Origin: Bacillota bacterium
GTDB taxonomy: Bacteria; Bacillota; Clostridia; Christensenellales; SZUA-584
DNA length: 64,000 bases
Assembly: GCA_023391105.1 (NCBI GenBank)
Contig: JAEWBO010000013.1
Location: forward strand, 10,433-74,432
Direction of reading: 5' to 3'
The notes under the pieces are model-generated. The model was not told the origin of the DNA. It saw only the letters and a program-made list of their open reading frames with translations, and ran no database searches. The position numbers and the translations under genes were made by a program. Shown here one piece after another: positions 1 to 9,682 of this stretch (within the stretch, counting starts at the first letter, position 1; the number at the start of each line of letters is the position of its first letter).

Positions 1-228
1 CACAATCTTTTCCTGTGCCTCAGCCACATCGTAGTTGATGTCGTCCATATGCTGTTTAAGCTCGGTGATTTGTTCATCGGTGATATCAAGCCCCATGGCT
101 TTCTCGCATTCAGCGAGCGCCACCCAAAGCCTTCGCCAGGTTTTAAATTTATTATCGTCAGAGAAAACCTCAGCCATATCCCTTGAGGCATATCGTGTAA
201 TCAACGGATTTTCATAAATATTTTTCAT
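1..228 (-). CDS. purB: adenylosuccinate lyase, 5' part only (76 codons; the rest lies left of the window)
   Basis: Reverse translation from the ATG at 226-228 gives MKNIYENPLITRYASRDMAEVFSDDNKFKTWRRLWVALAECEKAMGLDITDEQITELKQHM..., which I recognise as a PurB-type N-terminus. The ORF runs off the left edge, so it is absent from the supplied track. Confidence 0.75.
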   Translation of the reverse strand, partial: MKNIYENPLITRYASRDMAEVFSDDNKFKTWRRLWVALAECEKAMGLDITDEQITELKQHMDDINYDVAEAQEKIV

Positions 229-242
229 TTCTACGCACCTTG

Positions 243-1157
243 TTATTGTTTTAAAAATTTTAATATAAATCCGGCAAAATTGCCATAACTAATTTTCGAA
301 ATGAGGCTGTCGGGATATCGACGGCGCAGCATTGCCTCGGGTATCTTTTGAAGATCGGCTACTGAATCAATTCCTTCTGGCGTCAGCTCTATGCCACAAA
401 AATCAGAGCCAAAGCCGACAACCTCTTCCCCGCCACAATCGAGCACATATTCGATATGATCCAAAATATCATCAATAGTGGCATATCTGCCTCTCAAGAA
501 TTCCGTATAAAAATTGATGCCGATAAACCCATCGCGTTTAATTATTGCTTTGATTTGCTCTTTCTTTAAATTGCGGGATGAGGGATGTAATTCGTATACA
601 CAGGAATGCGTGGCGCATGGCGCATGATTGTAACACTCAAGCGCTTCCCAAAAGCCTTGTTCGTTGATATGCGATACATCAAGCGCGATACCCAGACTAT
701 TGAGCTGTTCTACGGCTTCTATTCCCTTCTTCTTAAGCCCACCCTCGCTGTGACAACCGCTCGCATAAGCGTTCTCACTGTTCCATGTGAGGCTGAATAT
801 CCGAACGCCTTTGTCGTAAGCTTTTGATATCTGATCATTGCGGCAGTCGATGCTTTCGCCGCTCTCGATGGCAAGAACAGCCTTGATTGGATGACTTGTC
901 TTGAAACATGTACCGCTTGTGCAATGAATGATATCATCTGCGTTTTTTTTGATATAAGAATGGAAATACTCGATCTGCTTAAAGCCGGCAGCGAGCTTGT
1001 TTTTTGTCTCAGGTGGCACCCAAACGGCAAATGTTTGCAGCGCGATACCGCCCCTTTTCATACGCTCAATGTCTGCATGGTTAAATAGACGGCCTTCACT
1101 GGCTTCAACCACATGGTAAGCAAGAAAATCCGAATGCGCATCCGCAATTTTGAACAT
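243..1157 (-). CDS. membrane dipeptidase (peptidase M19 family)
   Basis: 304-aa ORF. It has the N-terminal DAHSDF (H-x-D) and HSCVYELHPSSRNL blocks typical of renal-dipeptidase-type enzymes. A GGAGG SD lies just upstream of the ATG. Confidence 0.8.
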   Translation of the reverse strand: MFKIADAHSDFLAYHVVEASEGRLFNHADIERMKRGGIALQTFAVWVPPETKNKLAAGFKQIEYFHSYIKKNADDIIHCTSGTCFKTSHPIKAVLAIESGESIDCRNDQISKAYDKGVRIFSLTWNSENAYASGCHSEGGLKKKGIEAVEQLNSLGIALDVSHINEQGFWEALECYNHAPCATHSCVYELHPSSRNLKKEQIKAIIKRDGFIGINFYTEFLRGRYATIDDILDHIEYVLDCGGEEVVGFGSDFCGIELTPEGIDSVADLQKIPEAMLRRRYPDSLISKISYGNFAGFILKFLKQ

Positions 1158-1255
1158 ATCAAGGCCTCCAAACCAAGTTATCTATAAAAAACCACTCACA
1201 TTTATAGGAACCCAAACTGAAAGAAGAGCCGAAATTCTTCGACTCTTCTGTTTGT

Positions 1256-2809
1256 TTACTTTGCAAAATCGATTGATCTGGTTTCTCTGATTACATTGAC
1301 CTTGATTTGGCCCGGATAGTCCAGATCCTTTTCGATTTTCTTTACGATGTCCTTGGCCATTAAATGCATGCCAGCATCATCCACATCCTCAGGCTTAACC
1401 AATATGCGGACTTCACGTCCCGCCTGTATGGCGTAGCACTTGTCGACGCCCGAGAACGAATTCGCGATTTCTTCCAAAGCTTCTAAGCGTTTTATGTAGT
1501 TTTCGAGAGTTTCTCTTCTTGCACCGGGCCGCGCCGCCGAAATGGCGTCTGCCGACTGAACGAGAACCGCTTCCACGGTCTGCGCTTCGATGTCGCCATG
1601 ATGTGCCTGAATACAATGTATCACATCGTTTGCTTCCCGGTATTTCTTTGCCAGATCGGCACCAATCTGAATGTGAGGCCCTTCAACCTCGTGGTCAACT
1701 GCTTTACCGATGTCATGCAGAAGGCCGCCGCGTTTGGCAAGCTTGACATTGGCTCCAAGCTCTGCCGCCATGACTGCCGACAGATGTGCAACCTCCAACG
1801 AATGCTTAAGTACGTTCTGACCATAGCTCGTGCGGTATTTGAGCCTTCCAAGAAGCTTGACGATTTCGGGGTGCAGATTATGTATGCCGGTATCAAAAGC
1901 GGCCTGCTCTCCCGCGTCACGTATCTCCTTATCCACCTCTTTGCGCGCCTTTTTGACCATTTCTTCAATACGTGCCGGATGGATTCTGCCATCGATGATG
2001 AGCTTTTCCAGCGCGATCCGCGCTATTTCCCTCCTGATGGGGTCAAATCCTGACAGTATGACGGCCTCCGGCGTATCATCGATGATTAAGTCGATCCCTG
2101 TTGCCGTTTCAAGCGCACGGATGTTACGCCCTTCACGGCCAATGATTCTGCCCTTCATTTCATCGTTGGGCAAAGATACAACCGAAACTGTATTTTCCGC
2201 CACGTGGTCAGCCGCATATTTCTGAATGGCGTTGGCTATGATTTCACGGGATTTCTTGTCGGCCTCTTCTTTGGCCTTATACTCGATATCCCGGACATAA
2301 ACCGCCATGTCGCGTCTGGTTTCCTGCTCGACCTTTTCAAGCAGCAGCGATTTGGCTTCGTCGATCGTCATCCCGGAGATTTTCTCCAGCTGGGTGACCT
2401 GATCGGCAAACACCTGATCGATGTCTTCCTTGCGCTTGCTGACTTCCTTAAGCTTTTTGTTGATCTGTTCGTCTTTGGATTCCACGCTTGCCATTTTCTT
2501 ATCAAGCATTTCTTCCCTTTGGGCTAACCTTCTCTCGATTCTTTGGATCTCGCTTCGTCTTTCTTTGGATTCTCTATCGAATTCAGTTCTTAAGGTGTGG
2601 ACCTCTTCTTTGGCTTCCAGTATCGTTTCCTTTTTGACTGCTTCGGCTTTTCTCTGAGCATCAGCCACAAGCTTTTTAACTGATTCTTCTGCCCTGCCTA
2701 CTTTTGCTTCAGCCACGTTTCTTCTGTAAATATAACCAAAAAACGCACCGATGACAATTGTTACAAGAGGCAGAATGACATGCCAAATATCCACTTGAGT
2801 ATGTCGCAC
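1256..2809 (-). CDS. rny: ribonuclease Y
   Basis: N-terminal TM helix, long K/E-rich coiled region, KH motif [12 protein letters not shown] and HD motif LLHDIGK. The true start may be the GTG at 2794 ([10 protein letters not shown]...), downstream of AGAGGAGG. Confidence 0.95.
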   Translation of the reverse strand: MRHTQVDIWHVILPLVTIVIGAFFGYIYRRNVAEAKVGRAEESVKKLVADAQRKAEAVKKETILEAKEEVHTLRTEFDRESKERRSEIQRIERRLAQREEMLDKKMASVESKDEQINKKLKEVSKRKEDIDQVFADQVTQLEKISGMTIDEAKSLLLEKVEQETRRDMAVYVRDIEYKAKEEADKKSREIIANAIQKYAADHVAENTVSVVSLPNDEMKGRIIGREGRNIRALETATGIDLIIDDTPEAVILSGFDPIRREIARIALEKLIIDGRIHPARIEEMVKKARKEVDKEIRDAGEQAAFDTGIHNLHPEIVKLLGRLKYRTSYGQNVLKHSLEVAHLSAVMAAELGANVKLAKRGGLLHDIGKAVDHEVEGPHIQIGADLAKKYREANDVIHCIQAHHGDIEAQTVEAVLVQSADAISAARPGARRETLENYIKRLEALEEIANSFSGVDKCYAIQAGREVRILVKPEDVDDAGMHLMAKDIVKKIEKDLDYPGQIKVNVIRETRSIDFAK

Positions 2810-3037
2810 CTCCTCTATTAAGTTTTTAAAGCAAATATACCCCCATAGCCAATTTCGCTTTGTATACTTGCCGCTTGTTAATGCACTTCAATTATAATCT
2901 TATAATTTGTGTTATAAAATTATACTCTCTGTGCGTATTAGATTGCTAATAAGGAATTATCTATAAAAAGAAAATAATAGTAATATCTCATATTAGAACC
3001 ATAGTCAATTTTATTATCTGCGTAGATTTTTGTCAAG

Positions 3038-3901
3038 TCAGGATATACCTATACCGTCACTTTCTTTGCTCGTATGGCTCTTCTTGAAGGCCAAAACAGC
3101 AAGAAGGAAGCATATTGCAGCGATAATAGGGTAATAAAACTTAAAACCAGCTATCAAAGGCCATAACAGCACGATTACACCGCAGATCACATAACGCTTG
3201 ATTTTGGCTTTACTTAAGGTGGACTGTTTTATTTCTTCAAGCGTCAAAATCGACGCGTTCATCTCGTTTTTTGCACGCTGTTCTGCGTCTTCTTCGTTCG
3301 GCAGCATATCATGCTTCGCTGCAAGCTTTAATACAGAAGACCCCGGTATCAATGTGATGTCTTCTGCCATGCTCTCGCAAAGCTTTCGGGCGTTCTCGCT
3401 GAATTCGCTCAGTGATATAAGAATCAATGGTTCAGTATTCCCGCGCAACACGTCCAGAATATCAGACACATCGATATTTGAACGAGGATGATTATGGAAT
3501 GCATATACTGTAACTGCATCTTTACAGGCTGTGAAGCCTTTATCCCACGGCGCAATATTTTCTATGCCATCCAAGAGCTTATCCATGTAATCTGAAAACT
3601 GGCCGATAGTCATAAACGTCAACGTTTCAAGCAAGTATTTTTCTTTAATACGGTTTAAATCTTCGCTAATAAACCGCTCTGTTCTTTTTCGATTTATCAA
3701 CAGTATCACAAGGCTTACGGCAATTGTGAGAAATATCGAAATGATTATCGAAATCATAAAGGAGCGGCTAAAGTAGAGCAGCACCCAGAACAACATAAAC
3801 GCGATGAGCAACCTGAACATGACAAGATCAATTGTTCGCGCTACGAGTGATCGCCCACCATGCATTTTCTTTCGATAGTATCGCAGCATTCTAGCATCCA
3901 T
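3038..3901 (-). CDS. membrane protein of unknown function with a cytoplasmic Mrr-cat-like (restriction-endonuclease-fold-like) middle domain
   Basis: The ORF track gives 3038..3958. I prefer the ATG at 3901 (MDARMLRYY...) because GAGGAGGAG lies 8 nt upstream. There are two N-terminal and two C-terminal TM helices. Domain similarity is judged only by spacing pattern, so the function is uncertain. Confidence 0.6.
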   Translation of the reverse strand: MDARMLRYYRKKMHGGRSLVARTIDLVMFRLLIAFMLFWVLLYFSRSFMISIIISIFLTIAVSLVILLINRKRTERFISEDLNRIKEKYLLETLTFMTIGQFSDYMDKLLDGIENIAPWDKGFTACKDAVTVYAFHNHPRSNIDVSDILDVLRGNTEPLILISLSEFSENARKLCESMAEDITLIPGSSVLKLAAKHDMLPNEEDAEQRAKNEMNASILTLEEIKQSTLSKAKIKRYVICGVIVLLWPLIAGFKFYYPIIAAICFLLAVLAFKKSHTSKESDGIGIS

Positions 3902-4012
3902 ATCCTTCTCCTCCTCTGTAAACATTGTTGCCACATGATATATATTGTATACTTGCACAACTTGTTATAAATTTTGCGCTAGTGTATAATACTAGATGTG
4001 AAAGGTGCCGGT

Positions 4013-4678
4013 ATGCGCGATTTAACGGAGTTTTCTCAACTTGAAACAGAATATCTGCGAATGAAGCCAAATAGAATCGGCATTTTGGGAGGCACGTTTA
4101 ATCCTATCCATAGCGGTCATCTCAAAATGGCTTATATCGCGTTGTATGAGTTTGGTCTTGGCGAGATTGTCTTTCTGCCGCTTGGTACTCCCCCGCATAA
4201 GCGTGATGATTTTGTTGCGAGTGCACACCATCGTCTCGAAATGATCAAGATTGCGATAGCTGATGAGAAAAGGTTTTCCTTAAGCACACTTGAGACGGAC
4301 AGAAAAGGGTACACATATACAGTTGATACATTGGAACTGCTTTCGTGCAGCCAAACACAAAAATCATATTATTATATTATCGGCGCGGATACGCTGTTTG
4401 AGTTGGAAAAATGGAAAAATTGCGAACGCGTTTTCTCATTGACAGATTTTATTTGTATCTTGCGCCCGGGTCAGGACTTTGCTAAAGTACGTCAATATGC
4501 GGACAGACTCAATGATCGCTTTGGGAATAAAATTCATTTGGCCGATGAATGCGGTCCCAACATCTCATCCTCGCAGATTAGGTCGCAAATGAACGCGAAT
4601 AAGCTTACAGACGGTCTGGTTCCAAGAAAAGTGGCGCAATATATCGTACAACACCGAGTATATAATCAAGAGGTTTAG
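4013..4678 (+). CDS. nadD: nicotinate-nucleotide adenylyltransferase
   Basis: GILGGTFNPIHSGHL nucleotidyltransferase motif. TATAAT at 3985-3990 and AAAGGTG before the ATG at 4013. The track ORF begins at GTG 3998. Confidence 0.9.
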   Translation: MRDLTEFSQLETEYLRMKPNRIGILGGTFNPIHSGHLKMAYIALYEFGLGEIVFLPLGTPPHKRDDFVASAHHRLEMIKIAIADEKRFSLSTLETDRKGYTYTVDTLELLSCSQTQKSYYYIIGADTLFELEKWKNCERVFSLTDFICILRPGQDFAKVRQYADRLNDRFGNKIHLADECGPNISSSQIRSQMNANKLTDGLVPRKVAQYIVQHRVYNQEV

Positions 4679-5254
4679 ATGCTGGACGATCCTACAATTA
4701 TTCGTTACCTAGAAGAGAATATAGACGAAAAGCGGCTCGCGCATTCTCTGGGCACTGCCAGTGAGGCTGTGAAGCTTGCGAAGATATACGGAGCTGATCC
4801 CGAAAAGGCCCGTGTGGCAGGTTTGCTCCATGATGTCGCAAAGGGCAAGTGTCAATATGGATATAAAGTATACGCAGACCAATATGACGTTGTTTTAGAT
4901 GAAATAGAAGCAAGAAACACCGAGCTGATTCATGGAAAGCTTGGGGCTGCCATGGTTAAAGAGCAGCTAGGTATAGATGATAAAGATATACTTTCCGCCA
5001 TACGCTGGCATACGACAGGCCGGGCCGGTATGTCTTTGCTGGAAAAAGTGATTTATCTCGCCGATCTTATAGAACCCGGTCGCGATTTCGAGGGTATTGA
5101 GGCCATCAGACAATTTGCTTATCAGGATATCGATAAGGCGATGCTTATAGCGCTGGATCAAGTCATGTGTTTCGTGCATAGCAAGGGTTTTGCTCTGCAC
5201 CCTAATAGCCTTGAGGCTTATAACTATTTTATTAATAAGGAGGAAAAGAATTAA
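4679..5254 (+). CDS. yqeK: HD-domain bis(5'-nucleosyl)-tetraphosphatase YqeK
   Basis: HSLGT...LLHDVAK HD motif. Its start abuts the nadD stop, matching the conserved nadD-yqeK-rsfS order of Firmicutes. Confidence 0.85.
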   Translation: MLDDPTIIRYLEENIDEKRLAHSLGTASEAVKLAKIYGADPEKARVAGLLHDVAKGKCQYGYKVYADQYDVVLDEIEARNTELIHGKLGAAMVKEQLGIDDKDILSAIRWHTTGRAGMSLLEKVIYLADLIEPGRDFEGIEAIRQFAYQDIDKAMLIALDQVMCFVHSKGFALHPNSLEAYNYFINKEEKN

Positions 5255-5258
5255 TTTG

Positions 5259-5630
5259 ATGCATCAATACAATGACGACGTTGTGGAAATCTCTAAACAA
5301 TTGTTTCTCAAAAAAGCTGAGGATGTGATAGTGCTGCACGTATCACATCTGACAATCGTGGCGGACTACTTTATACTCGCCAGCGGTCGTTCGGACGTTC
5401 ATGTCAGATCCCTCTGCGATGATGTAGAAAAGCTCATGATGGAGAAAGGAAAGCAACGGCTTCGAATAGAAGGCTATCGCGAAGGCCGATGGATCGTGCT
5501 TGATTACGGCGATATATTGATTCATGTTTTTCATAAGCATGAACGTGAATTTTACGGTCTTGAACGTCTTTGGGTGGACGGAGACAATTGTCTAAAAATT
5601 ACGGAGGATGATATCAAACCCAAGGGATAG
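5259..5630 (+). CDS. rsfS: ribosome silencing factor RsfS
   Basis: The ~123-aa product (ADYFILASGRS, WIVLDYGDILIHVF) fits the RsfS/iojap family. The ATG at 5259 follows AAGGAGG. The track ORF starts earlier at 5190, inside yqeK. Confidence 0.85.
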   Translation: MHQYNDDVVEISKQLFLKKAEDVIVLHVSHLTIVADYFILASGRSDVHVRSLCDDVEKLMMEKGKQRLRIEGYREGRWIVLDYGDILIHVFHKHEREFYGLERLWVDGDNCLKITEDDIKPKG

Positions 5631-5659
5631 TGACGTAATTATTCGGTTGATTAAAAGCT

Positions 5660-5693
5660 AAAGGCACAAAGTGTTGAACCGTGTGCCTTTTTA
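5660..5693. terminator. bidirectional rho-independent terminator between rsfS (+) and the NlpC/P60 gene (-)
   Basis: AAAGGCACA / TGTGCCTTT 9-bp stem, followed by T-run on the plus strand and preceded by A-run. Confidence 0.6.
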
Positions 5694-5717
5694 CAATTCC
5701 ATATTCAGTATTTCTTC

Positions 5718-7094
5718 TTAGAATACGCGCCTTGCACAGATGAAGTTTCTTGTCCAATACTTTGAACTCATGATGTTGGAACATATCCGTACCTGGTCGT
5801 CACTGGATCCTGCATCGATCATCTGACCGTCTCCCATATAGATACCCACATGGCCTTTAAAACAAATGATATCTCCTCTGACCATATCAGACATGCTCGT
5901 GACCTTTGGAAGGCTGCAATTTGCCCATCCTTTGGATGTCATATATTTAATGCCATAGCCTGCCGTATTGAGACAGTAATAAACAAAGCCGGAGCAGTCA
6001 AACTCATTGGGGCCCTTCCCCGCTCTTGTATAATTACAGCCTAGCTTAGACTTGGCAATTTCAATGAGCTTATCAACGGATGCCTCATCGGGATTACCCA
6101 CCGCGATGACGCTTCCGCCGCCGGATCCACCGCCGGAGCTGCTGGCGCTGCTGCTAGTCGTTTTGGCGGGTCTTGCATCCTCCGAATATAGTATCTCCCT
6201 TGTGTATTCACCGACATTGCCGTCGGCAGAAAGACCGTTACGGGTTTGAAAGCTCTTAACAGCAGCCTCTGTGTCGGTACCAAAATAGCCGGTATGGCCG
6301 GCCTTAAGGTAATTGAGCGACTGCAATCTCTCCTGCATGGCCACAACGTCGTTACCTCTGTCGCCAAGCTTCACCGTATAAGGGAGTGCTTCTTCCGAAA
6401 ATAAGGCGGTTATTGTTTGTTCGCCAAGCAGCCCGTCTACCTGCAGGTTGTTTTTTCGCTGAAAGAGCTGAAGCGCAAATTTTGTACCATTGCCGTAAAA
6501 GTCTGTCGGCTCATCTGGATCCATAAAATCAAGCTCCATCAGACGCTCCTGTACATCAATAATTCGCGGATCGTGAACACCGGGAACCAGATCGGCTTCA
6601 TCGGGTGCGGTTGTGGGTATGGGAGTCGGCTCCGGCGTTGCAACCGCTGCTGTTTCGGCACCCAAACCTTGGGTATCGACTTCCAAGAGCCCGATTTGTT
6701 GACCACCCTCTTGCGTATCAGCGGAAACATCCTCGCCGTTTTGTGAGACAAGTGTATTTCCGGCAAATGCAATGCCGTTATTCACAGATGCCAAAGCTTC
6801 ATTTTGAGATATGGGCAGCGCGATTGTCAAAACGATTGCAGCAATGATGACAAAGCTACAGCTTGCGATGATAATCTTCTTGTTTTGCCACCATATTTTT
6901 GGTTTTCTACGGGTTCTGCTCCGCATAACCGGCACAGCCACAGAACCACTTGTGGAATAACCCGCCTTTTTATCAGATAAGAATGAATGGGAAGACAATG
7001 CGCGGGTGCGCTTAAGAATTCGTCCAGAAGCCCGCTTCAGGTTGTATATCGTGTTTACGCAATATTCTTTTATATTGGCGAAAATACTCTTCAT
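5718..7094 (-). CDS. cell-wall hydrolase: N-terminal TM anchor, two PG_binding_1-like repeats, C-terminal NlpC/P60 (C40) domain
   Basis: Repeats LQLFQRKNNLQVDGLLGEQT and VKSFQTRNGLSADGNVGEYT. C-terminal FDCSGFVYY...GHVGIYMG catalytic Cys/His blocks. A Ser/Gly linker precedes the catalytic domain. Confidence 0.85.
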   Translation of the reverse strand: MKSIFANIKEYCVNTIYNLKRASGRILKRTRALSSHSFLSDKKAGYSTSGSVAVPVMRSRTRRKPKIWWQNKKIIIASCSFVIIAAIVLTIALPISQNEALASVNNGIAFAGNTLVSQNGEDVSADTQEGGQQIGLLEVDTQGLGAETAAVATPEPTPIPTTAPDEADLVPGVHDPRIIDVQERLMELDFMDPDEPTDFYGNGTKFALQLFQRKNNLQVDGLLGEQTITALFSEEALPYTVKLGDRGNDVVAMQERLQSLNYLKAGHTGYFGTDTEAAVKSFQTRNGLSADGNVGEYTREILYSEDARPAKTTSSSASSSGGGSGGGSVIAVGNPDEASVDKLIEIAKSKLGCNYTRAGKGPNEFDCSGFVYYCLNTAGYGIKYMTSKGWANCSLPKVTSMSDMVRGDIICFKGHVGIYMGDGQMIDAGSSDDQVRICSNIMSSKYWTRNFICARRVF

Positions 7095-7206
7095 AGAAAC
7101 CTCTTAAGCATGCAATATATGTAATGATAACGTAATGTTCCCGTAACTATTTAATAATATTATACGCAAGAATTTAAAATATGCAACCTCTTTTATATAG
7201 TTGTGG

Positions 7207-7872
7207 TTATATTTGGTCACGATATTTTTCCATGAGCTGCTTAAATATCTCAGCTGACGTCGGCGGTGTGTATGTTATGGCGTTTGCACCGGCTTCAATT
7301 GTCCTTTGTATGGACTCAACAGTCGGACCGCCCGTTGCGATGATAGGTACCTCAGGATACTTCTTGCGTATTGATTTGACAATGCTCGGTGATTTGGACG
7401 CACCTGATACGTTGATAATAGACGCACCGCATTTGAGCCTCTCTCCCACATCTTCGGCTTCAGATACCACTGTGATAACGATAGGGATATCGATACGGTC
7501 TTTGAGCTTGAGCAGAACCTCGTTAGAGGTTGGCGCATTGACGACGACGCCGATACCTCCCTGAAACTCAGCGTCCATAGCAAGGTTGACCACACGTTTT
7601 CCCGTAGTGGTTCCACCGCCCACTCCGCAAAATACCGGTATATCCGATACAGTGATGATTGCGTGTGTAATGAGCGGCTGGGGCGTAAACGGATAAACGG
7701 CGATTACCGCGTTGGCATTACAGTTCTTTATCAATGCTACATCAGTTGTAAAAATCAACGATTTAATTGTTTTGCCGAAAATCCGGATCCCACTGACCTC
7801 GTTAATAATTTCGGGTACGCGAACCATATGTTTTCTTAAATTTCCGTGAATCTCGGGAACAAATTGGCTCAT
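7207..7872 (-). CDS. uncharacterised protein, probably a (beta/alpha)8-barrel phosphate-binding-type enzyme
   Basis: 221-aa ORF with a good SD (AAAAGGAGA). Alternating beta/alpha pattern and Gly-rich loops VGGGTTTG and ATGGPT. No specific family recognised. Confidence 0.55.
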   Translation of the reverse strand: MSQFVPEIHGNLRKHMVRVPEIINEVSGIRIFGKTIKSLIFTTDVALIKNCNANAVIAVYPFTPQPLITHAIITVSDIPVFCGVGGGTTTGKRVVNLAMDAEFQGGIGVVVNAPTSNEVLLKLKDRIDIPIVITVVSEAEDVGERLKCGASIINVSGASKSPSIVKSIRKKYPEVPIIATGGPTVESIQRTIEAGANAITYTPPTSAEIFKQLMEKYRDQI

Positions 7873-8526
7873 AAAAAATCTCCTTTTTCAGGGTATACGC
7901 CGTAAAACCACTTGCAATGGTATGTACTTACGAATCATACCTAACTTCCGTTCTATTTATTCATTTGACTGCAGCCAAGACAAATCGTGAAACAGTGATG
8001 AAACAATAATGAATTATTTCCGCTATATGGGTAAGTTATAATTCGATATCTGTAACAATAACCCTTTTTTTATTAATAAAATTGCAAAATTATTTACAAG
8101 TATTGGTGGCTCGTTGATATTCAGCATACATAATCAAGCTATTGGAGGTGGAATCCGCATGAAATATTGTTTTACTTGCCTTTATAGCTTCAATACCATC
8201 ACTGTTGTCTTTCAGAGCTCAATACCAACGCTCAGGTCCGTTGCATTTCGGTAAGCGCTTGCATTATATTGAAAATAGATATATCTTCTGAGGGTAAACA
8301 ATGGTCTGCAACAACAAAATTTAATGTTTACGCACCTATACATCCTGCTCACATCATGGAAAGTGCTGCGAGTGCATCGACTATCACCGAAGGCTGGGTG
8401 AAGTGCCCGGCTGTCTTTACTCAAGACAAGGAGAAAAACATACGATCGCAGAATCGACATGCTCTACAAAGACAGACAAAGCGGTAAAAAATAATTCAAT
8501 AAATAAATATAGAGTATAAATCGAGT

Positions 8527-8560
8527 TGAAACTAAAAGACCGATCCGTACAAACCGGTCT
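8527..8560 (-). terminator. putative terminator of the 8604..8945 gene
   Basis: AGACCG...CGGTCT hairpin, followed on the minus strand by TTTTAGTTTC. Confidence 0.45.
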
Positions 8561-8603
8561 GAGCATGTCATTTGCTTTCTGTTTTTTCGGCAGTATATAT
8601 CTT

Positions 8604-8945
8604 TTAGTATAGCTGCTCCTCAGAGTATTTTTCTCGTGTCATTTTTATCAGCGCTTCGACATCCTGTTTGAACTCGCTGTCAGACTGATCCTCCTTTTTT
8701 ATCAACTCTTCAATCACTTCAAAAGCAAAGCTTGAGCCGTTTTTACCCCACTCACCGCGAAGCTTGGGATGTAAACACCCGCCCATCTGCTGCGCAAAAT
8801 TGAAGCGGTTTAGGCTGCCTGGCATATCTGTCGTGCTGAATAAAAGCCGCTTACCGTTTTGAGTGTTGTGAACGGCATATACACCACCAACAACGCGACG
8901 CGTGGCATATTGCTCTTTGAGCTTTTTTCTTTTTTCATTATCCAT
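8604..8945 (-). CDS. small GIY-YIG-like domain protein
   Basis: 113 aa. GVYAV..NGKRLLFSTT, then a conserved-looking R (LNRF) and E (FEVIEEL), spaced as in GIY-YIG nucleases. Its start overlaps the upstream stop (TAATG). Confidence 0.5.
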   Translation of the reverse strand: MDNEKRKKLKEQYATRRVVGGVYAVHNTQNGKRLLFSTTDMPGSLNRFNFAQQMGGCLHPKLRGEWGKNGSSFAFEVIEELIKKEDQSDSEFKQDVEALIKMTREKYSEEQLY

Positions 8946-9424
8946 TAATAACCCAGCTCCTTTAGCAACCGTGAAAGCGTCGCAAGACGCTCGCCGATCA
9001 ATTCGTCGTTAGTGCTCAATACGTCCGCAAAAAGCTTTATATCCTCTTCAATGAGAGGATTATCCGTGCATACTGATACGGTCATTGCGTCTCCCTGCAA
9101 GCCGATGCGATCGAGCTGTGTATTTTCCGGGTCATAAAGCTTATCGTAGCGGTACGCTTCTCTAAAATGCTGCTTTGCCCTGCAAACGAGAATCGCCAAA
9201 TCAATGACTCGGTGCAATGGCAGTTCTTCGCTCTGCCGTGACCATTTCTCTCCCGTATATCGCCAGACCTTTGCGGATATCTCCACCTTGCCACGATCAT
9301 TCCATTGCGCGAGGCCGAGCGACAGGCCTTTTGTGTCTGAATTGTACGCCCTGTATCCATCAATGTTTTCGTAATTTTCGGATACGATGACCGGTTTGTG
9401 CTTAAGCGTTGTGGGGATTCTCAT
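8945..9424 (-). CDS. hypothetical protein (159 aa), translationally coupled to the GIY-YIG-like gene
   Basis: GGAGG SD 6 nt before the ATG at 9424. No family confidently recognised. Confidence 0.65.
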   Translation of the reverse strand: MRIPTTLKHKPVIVSENYENIDGYRAYNSDTKGLSLGLAQWNDRGKVEISAKVWRYTGEKWSRQSEELPLHRVIDLAILVCRAKQHFREAYRYDKLYDPENTQLDRIGLQGDAMTVSVCTDNPLIEEDIKLFADVLSTNDELIGERLATLSRLLKELGY

Positions 9425-9438
9425 TCCCTGTCCTCCAA

Positions 9439-9463
9439 TTACTAGTTTACTAATTTACTAGTT
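9439..9463. promoter_or_regulatory. candidate operator: two TTACTAGTT direct repeats 16 bp apart, each containing palindromic ACTAGT
   Basis: The sequence ttactagtt-tactaat-ttactagtt lies 3 nt from the SD of the 8945..9424 gene. Confidence 0.3.
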
Positions 9464-9682
9464 ATATTATTAAGACTATAATTTATCTTTTATATAAAGT
9501 CAACAGCTTTTGGGATGATATTTTGAATATGATGATTGACAAAACAACGTTTATAACTTGAGATTACAAAACGGAAATAAAAGTTTTAAGATAATGCCTG
9601 TGAAATGGAACGTTCGTATTAGTGAAATCATTAAGCGAGATTTAATTTGCGACCTAAAAAAATTGCTCGCGGACTTATGGTC

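Noticed and set aside
8212-8487. Overlapping 82-aa (minus) and 72-aa (plus) ORFs in the 730-bp gap.
   Set aside because: Neither has an SD or plausible composition. They are mutually antisense, which is typical of chance ORFs in intergenic DNA.
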